A stretch of DNA of 63,358 bases, counting the filler, from Cercozoa sp. M6MM (taxonomy: Eukaryota > Protista > Endomyxa: Ascetosporea): NCBI GenBank assembly GCA_040357565.1. It is 11 parts of 11 records of this genome, joined end to end, with 100 filler letters (N's around TTAATTAATTAA, not from the genome) between each part and the next. Parts side by side here need not be neighbours in the genome. Positions count along the whole stretch, not along the records: positions 1 to 8,742 come from JBDODJ010000514.1; positions 8,843 to 32,460 come from JBDODJ010000168.1; 9 more parts are not named here. One strand, written 5' to 3'. The position numbers and the translations under genes are program-made. Below, in pieces: positions 1 to 13,624 of this stretch. Below the pieces are notes generated by a model, which worked only from the letters and a program-made list of their open reading frames with translations, was not told where the DNA came from and made no database searches. Positions within the stretch are counted from its first letter, which is position 1, and each line of letters starts with the position of its first letter.

Positions 1-52
<52 letters not shown>

Positions 53-69
53 ACACACACACACACACA
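1..69. repeat. (AC)n microsatellite
   Basis: Read directly from the sequence. Confidence 0.95.
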
Positions 70-96
70 TATATATAGTATTGTGTGTATGCTTAG

Positions 97-348
97 ACTC
101 TTTCTTCGTGTCGCCACTCCACGTGGGCGTGGCCGACGGCGTCTCGGGCAACGCCCCGATGATCCGCGATCCCCATAGACGCAAGCAGGAGGTAGTGTGC
201 CCGTGTGTGTATATGTGTATCCGTGCCTGTATATGCCCCTGTGGTGTGTGGTAGCTGTTGAAAACGGCCCGTTTCTCAACGGATTTGATGCACAAGGCGC
301 TCGTGTTTCCACTCTCCTCTGGCAGTGCGAACGTCGCCGTACACTCTC

Positions 349-395
<47 letters not shown>

Positions 396-495
396 NNNNN
401 NNNNNNNNNNNNNNNNNNNNNNNNNNNNNNNNNNNNNNNNNNNNNNNNNNNNNNNNNNNNNNNNNNNNNNNNNNNNNNNNNNNNNNNNNNNNNNN

Positions 496-542
<47 letters not shown>

Positions 543-646
543 GGAAGCTTTCTGATCTTGTGCGCAGGCCAAGAGTGGTCTCGTTGCCGACGAAGCGGCC
601 ACGCTGGTGTCTTCTGTCGCTGCAGAGTACGCCGATGTTCGGTACA

Positions 647-679
<33 letters not shown>

Positions 680-1623
680 CCCTCTCGCCGTGTACTACCG
701 TTGCACTTTTTGGGACAGGTGCGGCGTAGCATCGTCGACGATTTGTGTGGTCGCACTGCACCCAACTCAGCCGAACGTGGCGACCTCCTCCAATACGTAG
801 CCTCACTTACCCCTCACTCCCTTTATATACACGCGTAGTATACACCGCTTTTCCCACCCTACCTTTCGGGTGCTCAGCGGCGACAGTGGTTTCATCGTAA
901 TCCGCGACGGCAAGATCGTGATGCAGCCCGAGTTCACGACCTGGTGCTGGAACGGACCAAACCAGGTCAGCACGCGTACGCCGAGAGGCGAGGGACACCA
1001 CCCGCGCACTGACGGCGTCTCGCGCTCCTTCGATGTGCAGGCTGGCGACATTATTATTTCTGGTACCCCCGCCCCCCACCTTTAACCCTTTACTCATCAT
1101 GCACCTTCGCCCTTGGATAGGCTCGGACGGACTGTGGGACAACCTGTATCCCGAAGAAGTGCTTCGGTTGATCCAAGACGAAGGTGGTCTCACGCCGGAG
1201 AGCGAGTACGGCGACATTAAGCGCGTGGCCGATCGCATCGGCAAGGAGATTTTCCGGCTCATGGACGGCACGGCTGAGCCGAAGCGCGTATCGCCCTTCA
1301 TGCAGTCGGCGAGGGAAGCCGACAAGGTTCTCAGCGACGACCGACTTAGTGCGGGCAAACCCGACGACATCTGCATCCTGTGCACCGTCGTGCAGCCGTA
1401 CCCTTGGCTTACCCCGCCCCTGTTCACCCCCTCTTCCCTGTTACAAACTCTTGGACCTATGCCTACCTGCAGAACGGAGGTGCATGACCGCGTGATTCGC
1501 AAACAGTTCCGACCCGAGTCGCTCGAAGCTGCCAACGGTGCTGCCATGAGCGATGACGGCAGCGACGACTCGGACGCTGGCGTTGATCGCATGGCCGATG
1601 ACGTTGACACTCGCTCTGGCTGA
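97..1623 (+). CDS. PTC7: PP2C-family protein phosphatase, PTC7/PPTC7-like (5'-partial, multi-exon)
   Basis: Spliced motifs DSFF..VGVADGVSG, ASSTICVV, GDSGFIVIRDG, DIIISGSDGLWDNL, GKPDDICIL; GT-AG introns; stop TGA 1621-1623. Confidence 0.85.
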
Positions 1624-1930
1624 AGCGCTGACGGACTGCTGGACTGGGCTCGCGTGATACGATCGTATCTAGATCTTAACTGGGCGATCATACGATCACA
1701 ATAGTACTATATGTAGCGTAACGGTATCTGAACATAGGGTACGGTACTTGTAGAGGATTCTTACAAAAATGGGGTCCACTCCCTCATTCTGATTACCTCA
1801 GCGAAACAAACACAAAAACCGGCTCCAGGTGCCACACTACTGCACCGCTTAATGCAGGGTTTGGTGCTAGGCGTTTTTGGCTGAATTCAATGTTACCGCA
1901 GCCCTCTTAGCATGCTGTAACAATCATCAT

Positions 1931-2047
1931 GAGGCAAAATCAGAATAAAATCCCATTACCCCCATACCCGATTTTATCCCCTTTACGTTACCCTGTACCC
2001 CCTTTACCCCCGTACATCTAATTAAAGCAGGGTTTTGATTTTGCCTC
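1931..2047. repeat. Short inverted-repeat element (GAGGCAAAATCA ... TGATTTTGCCTC) enclosing a C-rich TTACCCC core; MITE-like
   Basis: Perfect 12-bp inverted repeat at 1931-1942 and 2036-2047 in intergenic DNA. Confidence 0.4.
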
Positions 2048-2148
2048 GTAAAACCCATGCGATACTGTTGTGACCCAGGGAGCTACATACTTGGTTTCTA
2101 CTCTCAGACCCACCCGACCGAACTAACTTTGTAATACCGAGACACGAT

Positions 2149-4443
2149 TCAGTTTGACGCGATTCCGTTCAAGCGAATTGCAACCCGAACCGAATTGCAG
2201 CCCCGAATTAGCATTCTGTGGCTGCTGCTGCACTGACAGTCTCAAGCTCCGAGTCGGCCTTCTGTTCGATTGCTTCGAGTTCCTGTTGCGTCAATGAATA
2301 CCGAGTAAAGTTTATTCGTGAAAGCAACGGGAGCCCCACCGATACTAACAGTGCACTACCTCGGTGAGTCGTTGGACCAAGTGCAGCCAGTCGCCAGATT
2401 CAAAGAAACCCTGGTCCATTCAACTCCCCTTTTGAAGTTCTCACGATATACTGAAGGAGAAGCACACACCTGCAAGGGCGCAAGCACGGTCGCAGACTCC
2501 TCTCGCAGCAGTTTTCGCAACAAGGCGTACTGTGCCTGTGTGATGCACTCCTTGTCGACCAGAGCCTGGGGAACAGAAGGGTGATCAAGAGAGGGTAGGG
2601 ACAAAGTTTAAGGGGGAAGCAGAAGCTACGTCAGCAACGGCCATGCCGTTGCGCAGCAGCACGTCCTTGCGAACCTGAGGGTCAACACGTGGAGACCGCG
2701 CCAGATCGACTGTGATTCCACATGCCCCAGTAACACATGTAGAGTGACCAACTGGTGGTTAGGGTACCGAGTGCCTTGCACAGAGCGTCCTCGGAGGAGG
2801 CAGTTGACATGATTACGTCGACGATATTGCGATCACCCTGTCGAAGCAACTCCTGAAAGAAAGGGGGGGGGGGGGACCTTTGTACACCGAAAATACAGGG
2901 ATCGAGAGCACCTGAAGGATCTGGGCATCGCCAAAGGAGCAGCGTCCGTGCGCACTCCAAGACTTGAGAAGCGGCACCATTTTTTGCAACAGCACCTGCG
3001 TGATGCGTTCGTTACTGTGACCTGCATCACTCGGCGGCGTGGTGTCTGCCTTCGCATCCTCGGTCAGAGTGAGCGACAGTAGCGACTCCACCAGTGGCTG
3101 CAACTGCTTGTTCTGCAGGTACTCCGCGAAGAGCGCCAGAAGCTTCTCGTCGCGTTCTTCGAACAGCCGCTGCAACCTCTTGGCACTGCAAGAAAGTGCA
3201 ATAGGGAAAGACATACACAGAAATGACTGGGCGGTAAAGCTTAATACCGCTCGCCCTTGATCATTCCGCGGTCGGGGTGTGTCAATTCATGCACGATTCT
3301 GCAGAACAAGCGCAGTACCAAGAGATAGCGAAACAAGGTAGCAACAAGGGCAGGGACAGGTACCGCTCGAGAAGGAAGAGACTGCCTTCGATCGCAGCAG
3401 CATCCGCGTCCTGGTCATCACTGCTTCTCCTGGTGTCGTCGTTGTTGCTATCGGCGTCGCTGTGTGTCTCCTGCAGCAACGGCGCACTGGCGGCGTTGTT
3501 GACCACCGCCTCCTCTTCCTCCTGAGTGCTCAGACTGCTGCCGCCCAATACGGGTGGCTGCGGTGTGTCCAGACTGGGACCCAGCATGTCCAGTTCATGC
3601 ACGTAGAACTCGTGAATGCTGCGTGCTGTGTCCACCGAAGCTCCTAGCTGCAGAGCATACCTTGTATGTGCTACATAATTTACTGAACATATGCGAAACT
3701 TACCTCGGAGATTGATGGATTGCGCAACTCGCCGACCACCTTGTTTCCGATGCAGTACCGCACCTATCAACACAATGGAACATACGTAGACTAGCACTGA
3801 TTAAAGAACCCGCGATTACCGCTTCGTAATCACTCGGCAGCGAGGCGAATGCAATGTGGCTGCTCTGCGCAATAACACAAAATACACAGCTGTTCCTTTC
3901 TGCAAAGCCAAAAGACGCATTGCGAACAGAAAGAAACCTGGTTCTGACGCGCCTTGTCCAGGAAGGTGGGCACGCACTGCTCACTCTGGTTCAGCAGTAC
4001 GCAGGTCAAAACTGCTCTGCCCTCCACTCTGCGAACACACCCAAAGAGAGGTGTTTAAGTAACAAAGGCCGGAGAGAGTAAAGGTCGAGGTACGTTTCAA
4101 GGTGCGTCGCGAGAGAAGCCTCATCTTGCGCTTCGAGCAGTCTCCGCTGCTGCTCGACCACAACCCGAACCACCCCGTGGAGTACCTGCGGGTACAGCAC
4201 AGCCTCGCGCAAACTGTAGAACTCCTGATCGGCATCAACGGCGAATCCAACGATGCGTTGCGATGGCGCAATCGACACAAACACCTCACGAACAGCGCTC
4301 CGCACGTCGGCTGGCGACATCCACGGCTCGATGGAAATCACATGCGCCTCTTTGCACAAAAGAACAATCAACCCAAATGCATAAATTGAATAAATAATAA
4401 CAATGGAAGCACCATCACTAAAACGAGCCGACACCACCGGCAT
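2149..4443 (-). CDS. Hypothetical multi-exon protein (ends approximate)
   Basis: Series of open exons with GT-AG boundaries (e.g. EAHVISIEPWMSPADVRSAVREVF, RLQRLFEERDEKLLALFAEYLQNKQLQPLVESLL); no family recognised. Confidence 0.55.
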
Positions 4444-4750
4444 GACAGTAGATTTAGTCACAGAAGGTCAGGTGCAGGCAGCAAAATTGTTGAGTGCGAC
4501 TGATCGGAAGTTCGGGTGCTGATCCGAATTGTTTATTATTTTTTTATTGTTTTTCACGGCTACCCCTGGCCAAGCACTCTGAGCGCATGCTAAAAACACC
4601 ACGGAAAACCTGGCGTTGTTTAAACACATTGGCCCGCGGTTTGGCTATTTCTCAGAACAGTCGGTGCTCATTATTTCTTTCACCCAAACGCAAGTAGTTT
4701 GGTGTTAAATCACGCTTTGTGTTGAATCGTCCTTGCGCAGGTTTTTTGAG

Positions 4751-6426
4751 ATGTCAGCTCAGATGCAATTCATCGACGTGGGCGTTAATATCTTGGACGG
4801 TATCTTGACTGATTGTAAAGACGTGTTGAGGCAGTCATTGGTTGCGCGACTTCGGGTTTGTTAGGTATGTTCCGAGGCAACTACCGCGGTCGCCAAAGAC
4901 ACGAAGATGACCTCGACCTTGTGTTGGAAAGATCTTGGGAACATGGGTACTCTCTGTCGCCGAACGTATTTGCTTTTTGCTTTGGGGAACTGAATGTATT
5001 TATGGTCAGATGCACGCATCTCATCATTACGGCTGGCACTCTGGTACAAATAACTTTAAATGCTCCCGTGTCAGCGCAGATAACGCATCCTGATCGCAGA
5101 GCGAGGCCAAGGAGGCTGTTGAGTTCTGCAAGCGCGACCCCGAGCGTCTGTTCTGCACAGTCGGGTATTAAGTTTGTTTGTTGGCGGTATCACTTTATTT
5201 GAGCTCGTATGTATCGACAGCGTTCATCCGACGCGCTGCAATGAGTTCATCAAGCACCCGGGCTGTGCTTCTACGGAGGTGCTTTCTTAATGAGCGCTAG
5301 TGCACCGGGTGTACCTGCACCGTCCTTTGTGTGACTGCAGGAATATGTGGAGGAACTCCGCACGCTCATTAGGGATAACGGTACCTGCGCATGTGCATGA
5401 TATAAGTACCTGCCAGACAAGCTGAATGTGTGCAACCTACAGCGTACCCCAACGGTCCTGTCGTTGCCGTGGGCGAATGTGGTCTGGTCTTGTACCCAGT
5501 TTCATTGTAGCCACACTGATTTCACAGTATGACTTTTCGTAGGACCGTGACCGAGAGAAGTTCTGCAAGCGCGACGTTCAACGCGAAGGCTTCAAGCGAC
5601 ACTTTGCGCTCGCCAAGGAATTCAACTTGCCGATGTTCCTTCACTGTCGCGGTGACGGGTGCTACGACGAGTTCCTAGAGATCATGCGTGAACATGCTGT
5701 ATACTGTCCGCTTTCTTCAGTGTTAGTGTTGCACTTTGATGTCCTTGTCTGTAGGACTGCACCGGAGCAGGTGCATGCATGCACTCCTTCACGGGACCGC
5801 TTGATGCTGTACGATTTCTGTATGCGCACAGTGTATTTTGATCCTGTACACTCGCGCGACAGGCGAACGATTTCGTGTCGCTGAACGAGTTGAACTTCGT
5901 GTCTCTAAACGGGTGCTCTCTGCGCCACCAAGAGAATGTCAACGTTGCCAAACAACTGCCTCTCGATCGGTATCGATACTGACACCACACATGGTTGACA
6001 TTCTCGTGGTCGCCGCTCACCTTTTGTTCTGCCAGTGTTCTACTCGAAACCGATGCCCCTTGGTGCGGCGTCAAGCGCACGCACGCGGGTGCACAGCACA
6101 TCCAAACGCAGTTTGAAAATACGGCGAAGCGACCCGAGCAGTATCGCACCGTTTGAATTGTGCGCTGTGCTTACTTTGTTCTCGGCAGGCACACTCGCGG
6201 CAAGCTGGTCAAGGATCGCAACGAGCCCTGCAAGATCGTGCAGATCTTTGAGGTATTAAATTTTACAGTGATGGCATATCAGTACGAACATCTGTGATGG
6301 GCTGCTGTTCTGCCTGCACAGGTGTTTTGCGGCATCCGCGGTCTCGCCGAAGAGGAGCGCCGTGACTTTGCCCAGCGCGCGCACAAGAACACGCTACGAC
6401 TGTTCTTGCCGCATCACGTGCGCTGA
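4751..6426 (+). CDS. TATDN1: TatD family DNase (TATDN1-like), 12 introns
   Basis: Fully spliced in frame: FIDVGVN, TVGVHPTRCNEF, VVAVGECGLD, LPMFLHCR, HSFTG, LLETDAPWC, RNEPC. Confidence 0.93.
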
Positions 6427-6696
6427 CTCAATTCTCCTCAATTCTTAATTTAGCTTGCTTTTAACCAACCCAAGTACTAAGAACGGTAGGGCGTTAGGTT
6501 TGAAGCCGGTTCAGGGTTAGAGATCGATTTTTATAGCTGATGCGAGTTTTTTATTTTTGTCAAGAGCGCTGGAGCCCCAGATGATGCAACATTAAATCAA
6601 CCCTGAAACAAGCATAAGCACCGACGGCGCAGAGCTCGCTGACAACGCATTGTTTGAAGCACGCATCTGCATACGTTTGTAGAACAATTTGACGCG

Positions 6697-8742
6697 ATGG
6701 CGGTGCCCAAGAACGCCGATAAGCAGAAGAAAGTGCAGAATGCCGCTGCTCAGAAGCGTGCCGCACAGAAGAAGGTGCTTTCGTTCGCCGAGGCTTGCCT
6801 TGTGATCTCAATATTGTTATCGTGTCAATCTGACATCGGAACAGGGTATCCGCAAGGCTGCAGGCAGCCGAAAGGGCGGCAACAAGCCGGCTCCGCTGCC
6901 GACGGATCCCAAGAAGGCCAAGCGCGAGCTGCGTCGACGCCGCAAGGTGTGTCAAGTCCTGTATCTCTTGATGTCTGTGTCAGTGTATGTATCTGCTTGT
7001 GTTTTGCGTGCATGTTTTATCTTTAGATGCACAAGCCGCACGGTGAGCTCGCAATCAAGCTGTGTGCCGCCTTCTACGGCAAGCCGCTGGTATGTCGAGT
7101 GCTCTGTCTCATCGGTCTCTTTGAGTCTCTGTCTGTGCGTGCGTGTGCGTGTGTACCCGCGCGGATGCTCCTCTCTGCAGGGTGACATGGCGCGCAAGGA
7201 GCAGTGTGCCAAGGTGGCGTCGCTGATGCCGTTGGTGAAGGGACACGTGACAGACCTCGCACTCAAGCACGACAGCGGCCGCGTCGTGCAGGCCATGTTC
7301 AAGTTCGGCAGCGGTCCGCAGCGTGACGAGTTGCTCAAGGAGGTAGTCCTGTTTGTCTTGCCTTCTTTGCCCTTTCGCTCTCAAGGTATCCCCTGTCCCC
7401 ATGCTCCCTTAGATCAAGGGCCACGAGATCACGCTCGCCAAGCACTCAGTCGGCCGACGCGTCTTCGAGTCGATGCTGCGACACTGCAACAAGTACACCT
7501 GCCCTTTGGGCCTCCTGGCTCTGTCTGTCTGTTGCGTGTGCTATGTTTGAACGTGACTACAGTGCCGCCAAACAGACGCTGTTCGAAGCGTTCTGTGGCC
7601 ACTGGCGCGAGCTGTCGTCGCACCGACTCGCGTCGCGTCCGGCCGATATGGTATCCCCTTCCCGGATGTACGCATCTGAGGTATATCTCTGCTCCTGTGC
7701 AGGTGTTCCGTGTGTGCGCCAATGCCGATCAGCAGCGCCGTGTGGTGCAAGAGCTTGCCAGGTACGTTGCTTTTTTTTTGCCTGCTTAGTTTCTAGTTTA
7801 CCCCCCCCCCCGCGGTAGTGCCGAGTTGGCCAAGTTCCCGATGCGCAATGCCGACGGCAGCTTTTTGTCGCTGCAGCAGGTACGGAAGTTACCCTACCCC
7901 TGTCTCCCTCCTTTTAGCCTCCTCGGGGTTGTCTGCGCAGGTGGTCGAGAAGGACCCAGCCAAGCGCTCGTCGCTGTCGACGCAGGTGGATGCCTTCCTG
8001 GGCAAGATGCTCGACAAGGAGGTCGCTGCACTCTCGCTCGTGCACCGACTGTTGCGTGACTTTGTCGATGGTATTCTTCCTCCAGTCACACACCCCTCTC
8101 ATTGACTTCCTTCACGTCGGACCCTCGCATGCAATGCAGCGGCCGAAGGTGACGCGAGACAACGTGTGGTGGACGCCGTGTGCAACACGCCGCTGCAGAT
8201 CCTGCAGACGCGCGAGGGTGCCGAGGCACTGTGCCGCGCTCTTCCCTTCGCCTCTGCCAAGGTGCAACTTTCTCTCTTTCTCTCTCTTCTGTCTCTGAAA
8301 GTGTGTGCTTGTGCAGGGACGAAAACAGCTGATCCGTGGTGTCAAGGAGCACGTCCATGAGATTGCCGAGGTAGGACCTCCCTGTGCTTGCGTATACTCT
8401 GAATCCTACCTTTACCCCCTTCCCGTAGGATCAGGATGCGTCGTACTTTGTGATGCGGCTGCTGCAGCTTGTCGATGATACCGTGCTGCTTAAGAAGCAG
8501 GTACTGCTGCTCCCACTCAACCCTTCTTCTTATCCCCCACCGCCACTTGACTGACTGTTATTGCAGGTGGTGACACCGCTGCTGAACAATATGAGCGAGC
8601 TCACGGAACGACCGCTGACGACGGCTGTGTTGCTCAACATCCTCAAGCCGCGACAGCAGCGCTACATTGGTGCATTGACTTTAGCATTATGCCCTTTTAC
8701 CCCCTCCCCGTCCAACACACACACACGCCTTACCCCCCCCCC
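6697..8742 (+). CDS. PUM3: Pumilio homolog 3 / Puf6 nucleolar RNA-binding protein (3'-truncated at scaffold end)
   Basis: Basic N-terminus; LALKHDSGRVVQAMFKFG, QTREGA..., VDDTVLLKKQVV motifs typical of Puf6/PUM3. Confidence 0.85.
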
Positions 8743-8842
8743 NNNNNNNNNNNNNNNNNNNNNNNNNNNNNNNNNNNNNNNNNNNNTTAATTAATTAANN
8801 NNNNNNNNNNNNNNNNNNNNNNNNNNNNNNNNNNNNNNNNNN
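8743..8842. other. Artificial scaffold spacer 44N-TTAATTAATTAA-44N. Others at 32461-32560, 37115-37214, 40355-40454, 44483-44582, 49124-49223, 52759-52858, 54120-54219, 55445-55544, 60356-60455
   Basis: Identical 100-nt structure ten times; the 12-mer gives stop codons in all six frames. Confidence 0.97.
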
Positions 8843-9873
8843 GGTACCTGTGAACACAACAGTGACATATCAGAAGGACACAACTGCATATCATTCGATA
8901 CCCCATCGAACTGTTCGCGTGGATCAGCGCCTCGCTCCAGCAACAATTTAACTGCACATAAAGCGAATGCACAAACGTTCGGACAGCCACACATAAGTTG
9001 TACCGAGTCTAACGTTGCTCAACTTTGCGGCAAGCTGCACTGGCGAGTTGCCTAAACAGCCAACCAATGCACACAAACACACAATTTACAATACAGGTAC
9101 CAGCATAGTCACGTGTTCGCACGGAGCACTCGGCATCCAACAACATGCGAGCAATTTTGAAATGTCTACTCCGACAGAGTAAGCAGATCGAGTCTGTCTG
9201 TGGTGAAGCTTACCTGTTCACGATGGCGAAACCAAGCGCCGTCAAACCGAACGAATGGTCCCTCAACTGAGCATGGACACAGTACGGCATTTGCAGGCAT
9301 AAGACAAAAGCAAAAAAGAAAACAGGAGATACCTCCATGTCAACACAAATGTGGTCGACGAGCCGTTGAACCAAGAAACCATTTCCTGCACACAACCGAC
9401 ATACGCTACACATAACTGGAAGTGTGAGAGCCTGAACCAGCTTGAGCAGCTAGAACGAGCGGAGTACGACCGTCATCGTCGCGACAATTCTTTTGCGAGT
9501 GTTCATAAATACCTATATGACTAACATTCAGTCACACAAATGCATACCACATCCGCACCGGCGAGAAGAAGCATCTCACAGATCGCGTTATTGCCCTTAG
9601 CACAAAATTATATACTACAGACACCTGGATGTAATCCACGGAAACTACTCCCAACCTTGCTAGTGGCGAGATGGAGCGGAGTCTGCATCTGATGCGACGT
9701 TGCATTCAAGTCAGCGCCGTGCTGGATTAGTAGATCCACGACGCTAGTGTGACCCTAATTCAAGCGAAAATGACAGCACAAAGCTCGAGCGGAAGAAGAG
9801 AATACCTGCCACGCAGCCACGTGCAAAGGTGTGTAACCATCGTGATTTCTAGCCTAATGCAAACGTCATTATC

Positions 9874-9921
<48 letters not shown>

Positions 9922-9931
9922 NNNNNNNNNN

Positions 9932-9980
<49 letters not shown>

Positions 9981-10970
9981 TGACCAGATACCTCCAACTC
10001 AGAGCCTTTCTCCAGCAAAGCCTTCACAATCAACGTGGGGGAACCAGCCGCCACTGACGCTGCTGCTGTGTCCGCTGAGCATATGTGCGAGTTTGTATGA
10101 GAGTACGCACCCTGACTGTACCTGCTGTGTTAATAGTACCATCGTCGATAATGGGCACAATGCCAGATCTGCTGCGTTCGATATCGTCGTCGTAGATTGT
10201 TGGCTAAAACACAGACATAGACAACAAGATTAAACTGACTTAACACGAACCACTTGCGCGAGACCGACGCCGGCGAGTGTACTTGGATGGTGTGCGCGAA
10301 AGGCAGCCTTCAGCAGCGGCGTTTGCCCATTGTGATTTCTAACTGCAAGCGCAACAGAGTGCCCAAAGAAGCTAGGAGGCACAGATACACACGTGCACAC
10401 CATTGACAGACGCGCCACGCCGGAGCAGCTCATCCACGATGCCGAAAGGAGCCGAATCCACCTATTTGGAAAAGAAGAGTGGTAGATCTGCACGAGTCCA
10501 ATGTAACTGACGATACAACGAGTAGGAGCGGGGTGTTGCCCGTTTCCTCATCCGCAGTGTCTACTGGAGCGTTTGCACGCAGCAGGAGCGAAACCATCCC
10601 AAACTCGCCTGCTTTCACACACGCACACATGAATACCGAGAATCTCAATCTCTGACAGCGCAAAGAGCACACCATTAGCACAGGCTTCGTTGAGAGGCGT
10701 AGTTTGCTCATACCGACCACTGCAATCGAATCCTAAACAAAACAAAGATGAAGGTTGTCCTTTCCAACAACGAAACAATACCTCGATTCAGCATGTTTTG
10801 TAATGTGGCTGTGTCACCGCATCGAATCGCTTTGATGAGGTACTTGGCCTTTCAAGATATCGAAACAATGCACAGAAAATACGTATGAGCACCGTACAAT
10901 GTACCTGTTTCCTTTTTGAACGTGGCTTTGCGCCAAACGATTTAAACTTTAAGATGGACCAGCTCCCCAT
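8843..10970 (-). CDS. Ankyrin-repeat protein (3'-truncated)
   Basis: Repeated ankyrin motifs across exons: QTTPLNEACANG, TGNTPLLL, NGQTPLLKAAFRAH, QTPLHLATSK, DGRTPLVLAA, GNSPVQLAA. Confidence 0.85.
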
Positions 10971-11199
10971 GGTTCTCACTCAACACAGACACACAGACTG
11001 GGAGTGCGTCTCACGTGCACTGTGTACACCACACACACACTGCAGCGCCTACTGTACTGCACACACTTTCACACCAGCGCGAACGGCAGCGACTTCTGAC
11101 TGGGGTTTTTAGAAATAAATAATGCATGATAGTTTTAGATATTCCCGCCCGTTCAAAATCAGCCGTAATCTGTACTGTGTACCGTACTGTTGCGGTATA

Positions 11200-11255
11200 A
11201 ACCAGTAACTAAGGTAGCGAAGACGACTAAACAAAGGAAGTGTTAACGTCAGTTG
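11200..11255. repeat. Dispersed repeat copy (matches 47625-47679)
   Basis: AACCAGTAACTAAGG-n4-GAAGACGACTAAA-n-AAA-n-GAAGT...AACGTC shared between two scaffolds, about 80% identity by eye. Confidence 0.7.
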
Positions 11256-11508
11256 ATGACTGAGAAACGCTATGCCGTTGAGTGACACTCATTTGCGTTT
11301 CCGTCGCTGGTCGCACTGACGATACATAGTACGTAGCGCAGTTTCATCGCATCCGATTCGATTTGTTCCGTGAAGCTACCAGCCAAGCGAACTTCGTGCA
11401 GTGCGTACCAGGAGCGACAGACTAAATTATGTACTGTAGAGCCACCACACGTACCAGGAGGTGAAACTTGAGGCAAGCCCGGACCGCGTGCCATATGCAT
11501 GGTAAGAT

Positions 11509-13351
11509 TTATGAGGCTCCCAAAAGCTTAATGAGCTGTTCCGAAACAGCGTCGGTGGTAAGCGTTCCGATGTCAGTGAAAAGAAGCGAGATGCTGTTGC
11601 ATTGGACAAACCCAAATCAAGTGCCAGACAACATAAAGTAAAAGAATATATACAGCTCGGGCGGTGTGTAGTCGGTCCACACTCTCTGCAATGAAGCCCG
11701 CTCGTGCGCTTTGTCATCGCGCTCGAGTGGTCGGATGTCCTCACCGCTTCCCTGAAAAGACACACGCGCTCGATGTCTGTGTCTGATCTTTTTTTGTTGA
11801 AGACAGAACACCTCAAGGAAGCGGTTTTCGACTTGCGACAGCGGCCACTCGCGACAGAACTTGAAGCACTCGGCAGCCTTGGAGAAAACGCAAGTGCGTA
11901 TGCGAGTGCGTATGCGTGTGATAGGCAGAAATGTAGAACGGATGATCATGGTACAACGTAAAAAGGCTTGTTGAAATGTCTGGCGCATAGTGCCATCGTG
12001 AACGTGCCGACGCGATTCACAATGCCACCATTTTCAAGAATAGCCTCGGCACCTGGATACACGTGTCAAGGTCCAAGTGACCACATGCGCAAAGGGAGCA
12101 ACACACACACAAGCTACCACAAACGCAAAGGTCAGCGGTTTCCATGGCGGCACCTAAACGTGTACGCCATATACTAGTATATGACATCCTCGAACACAAT
12201 GTACCGACAGCAGCATCCGAAACGATCTCGCATGGAACACCTGTCACCGAAAACCCCACACGCACCAACATCACACACACGCGCGCACACACACATCACA
12301 CGCACACATGCACACACAAACGTGATACCACGCTTTTTAAGCTGTTGTTGCATAAGGTATCCCGCCGCATCGACTCGTGACTCAGCGACGAGTACCTGAG
12401 ACACAGAACAGAACATCGATATTGCAGGGTAAAGAAAACGCATACACGGAAGCGGCGACCCGAGTGCCAAGCATGGCACAGCAGCGAGAACACAACGCGC
12501 GACCAGCCCAGCGTCAGGACTATTCGCTTCACACTCACGCACGCTGCAGCCCTTAAACATCAGCGCAGGTACCAACAGCGCCATCGTTGATAAAGCGACC
12601 GCCACGCACTGAGATTCGATCACGCGAAGCACGCGAATTGTCCGCGAACTGTGCCAGACGGGTTGACATCTACACAAACGTAGCTGACACGACTCAGACT
12701 GACAATACGAATCATGTACCTGACGGCGGATTTCGGTCATAGGAAGGTTCACCGACAAAGTATTGCGTCGCACATAACTACAAACATCCAAAGTACATAA
12801 GACTGGACGGGTGCCAACACAAGAGCTACCGTTCAAAAAGATCAGCAGCCGCCCAAATCGCCTATACATGCACTTCACCAAGAGACTGAGGCAAGAAGCA
12901 TGAAGCGAGTACCGCTTTGTGTGCAAAGTTTCGCTTGAACACGGCCGCTGCACGCGAGACGTCCGCGTTAAGACCTACAGCAGAAATTTACGTCCATACG
13001 ATCGTTTTTTACGCAACTGAGTACCAGTCATGGCACGTGCCGTGCTCCGCTCTAGAGCAGCCACGAGCGTATGCAGCACGGCCGGAATTTCGTTTCGATT
13101 GTCTTCACTACACAACTACACAAAAACAACAACTAAACCGGTCGACTACAACGTACGTCAGTGATCGGTCGGCGCGGAACGCATTGACGCATTGCTCAAA
13201 CATAGAAAGAACTTCCTGTTCGCATTCTTGCTCACCCGATGGCAGCGGCATTTCAAATATCTCGGCCGCAAGTGGCGAACCTGAAACCACGAATGCCGAC
13301 AGCAAGAAAATGCTTGCGAAACACAGTACCTGGCGCGGCAGGGGCGGACAT
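11509..13351 (-). CDS. EIF2B1: Translation initiation factor eIF2B subunit alpha
   Basis: Spliced: [48 protein letters not shown] and [30 protein letters not shown]; ATG 13351, TAA 11509-11511. Confidence 0.93.
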
Positions 13352-13624
13352 CAAGACTGACAGCTAGTTTCTGTGCTGGGCACCAACAAACTCCTCACAG
13401 CTGTGCTTTCACTGCTTTCAGCAATGCCCGACTTTCCTGTTTTTTGTTTAAGAAAATAAAAAATCATGGCGACGGTCGGCATTATTTCCCCGCCAAAAAC
13501 CGGAATACCCGCTGTGCGGGACAGCACAAGAACTGCCACAAGCTGTTGGCAACGCGTGAGTGAGAGTCTATTGACTACAGGGTGCTGTTTGCTTCTTGTT
13601 GGCCCCGGGTTCGCTGCGTTTCTG

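Noticed and set aside
8787-8798. Recurrent TTAATTAATTAA palindrome (10 copies) as a biological motif
   Set aside because: Always centred in 44N+44N; it is an artificial six-frame-stop joiner. Gene neighbourhoods across it are not real, so no cross-scaffold gene cluster is claimed.
11270-11990. hAT-transposase-like phrases ([18 protein letters not shown])
   Set aside because: 11509-11990 is explained by the eIF2B-alpha 3' exons; the remaining motif is too short to support a call.
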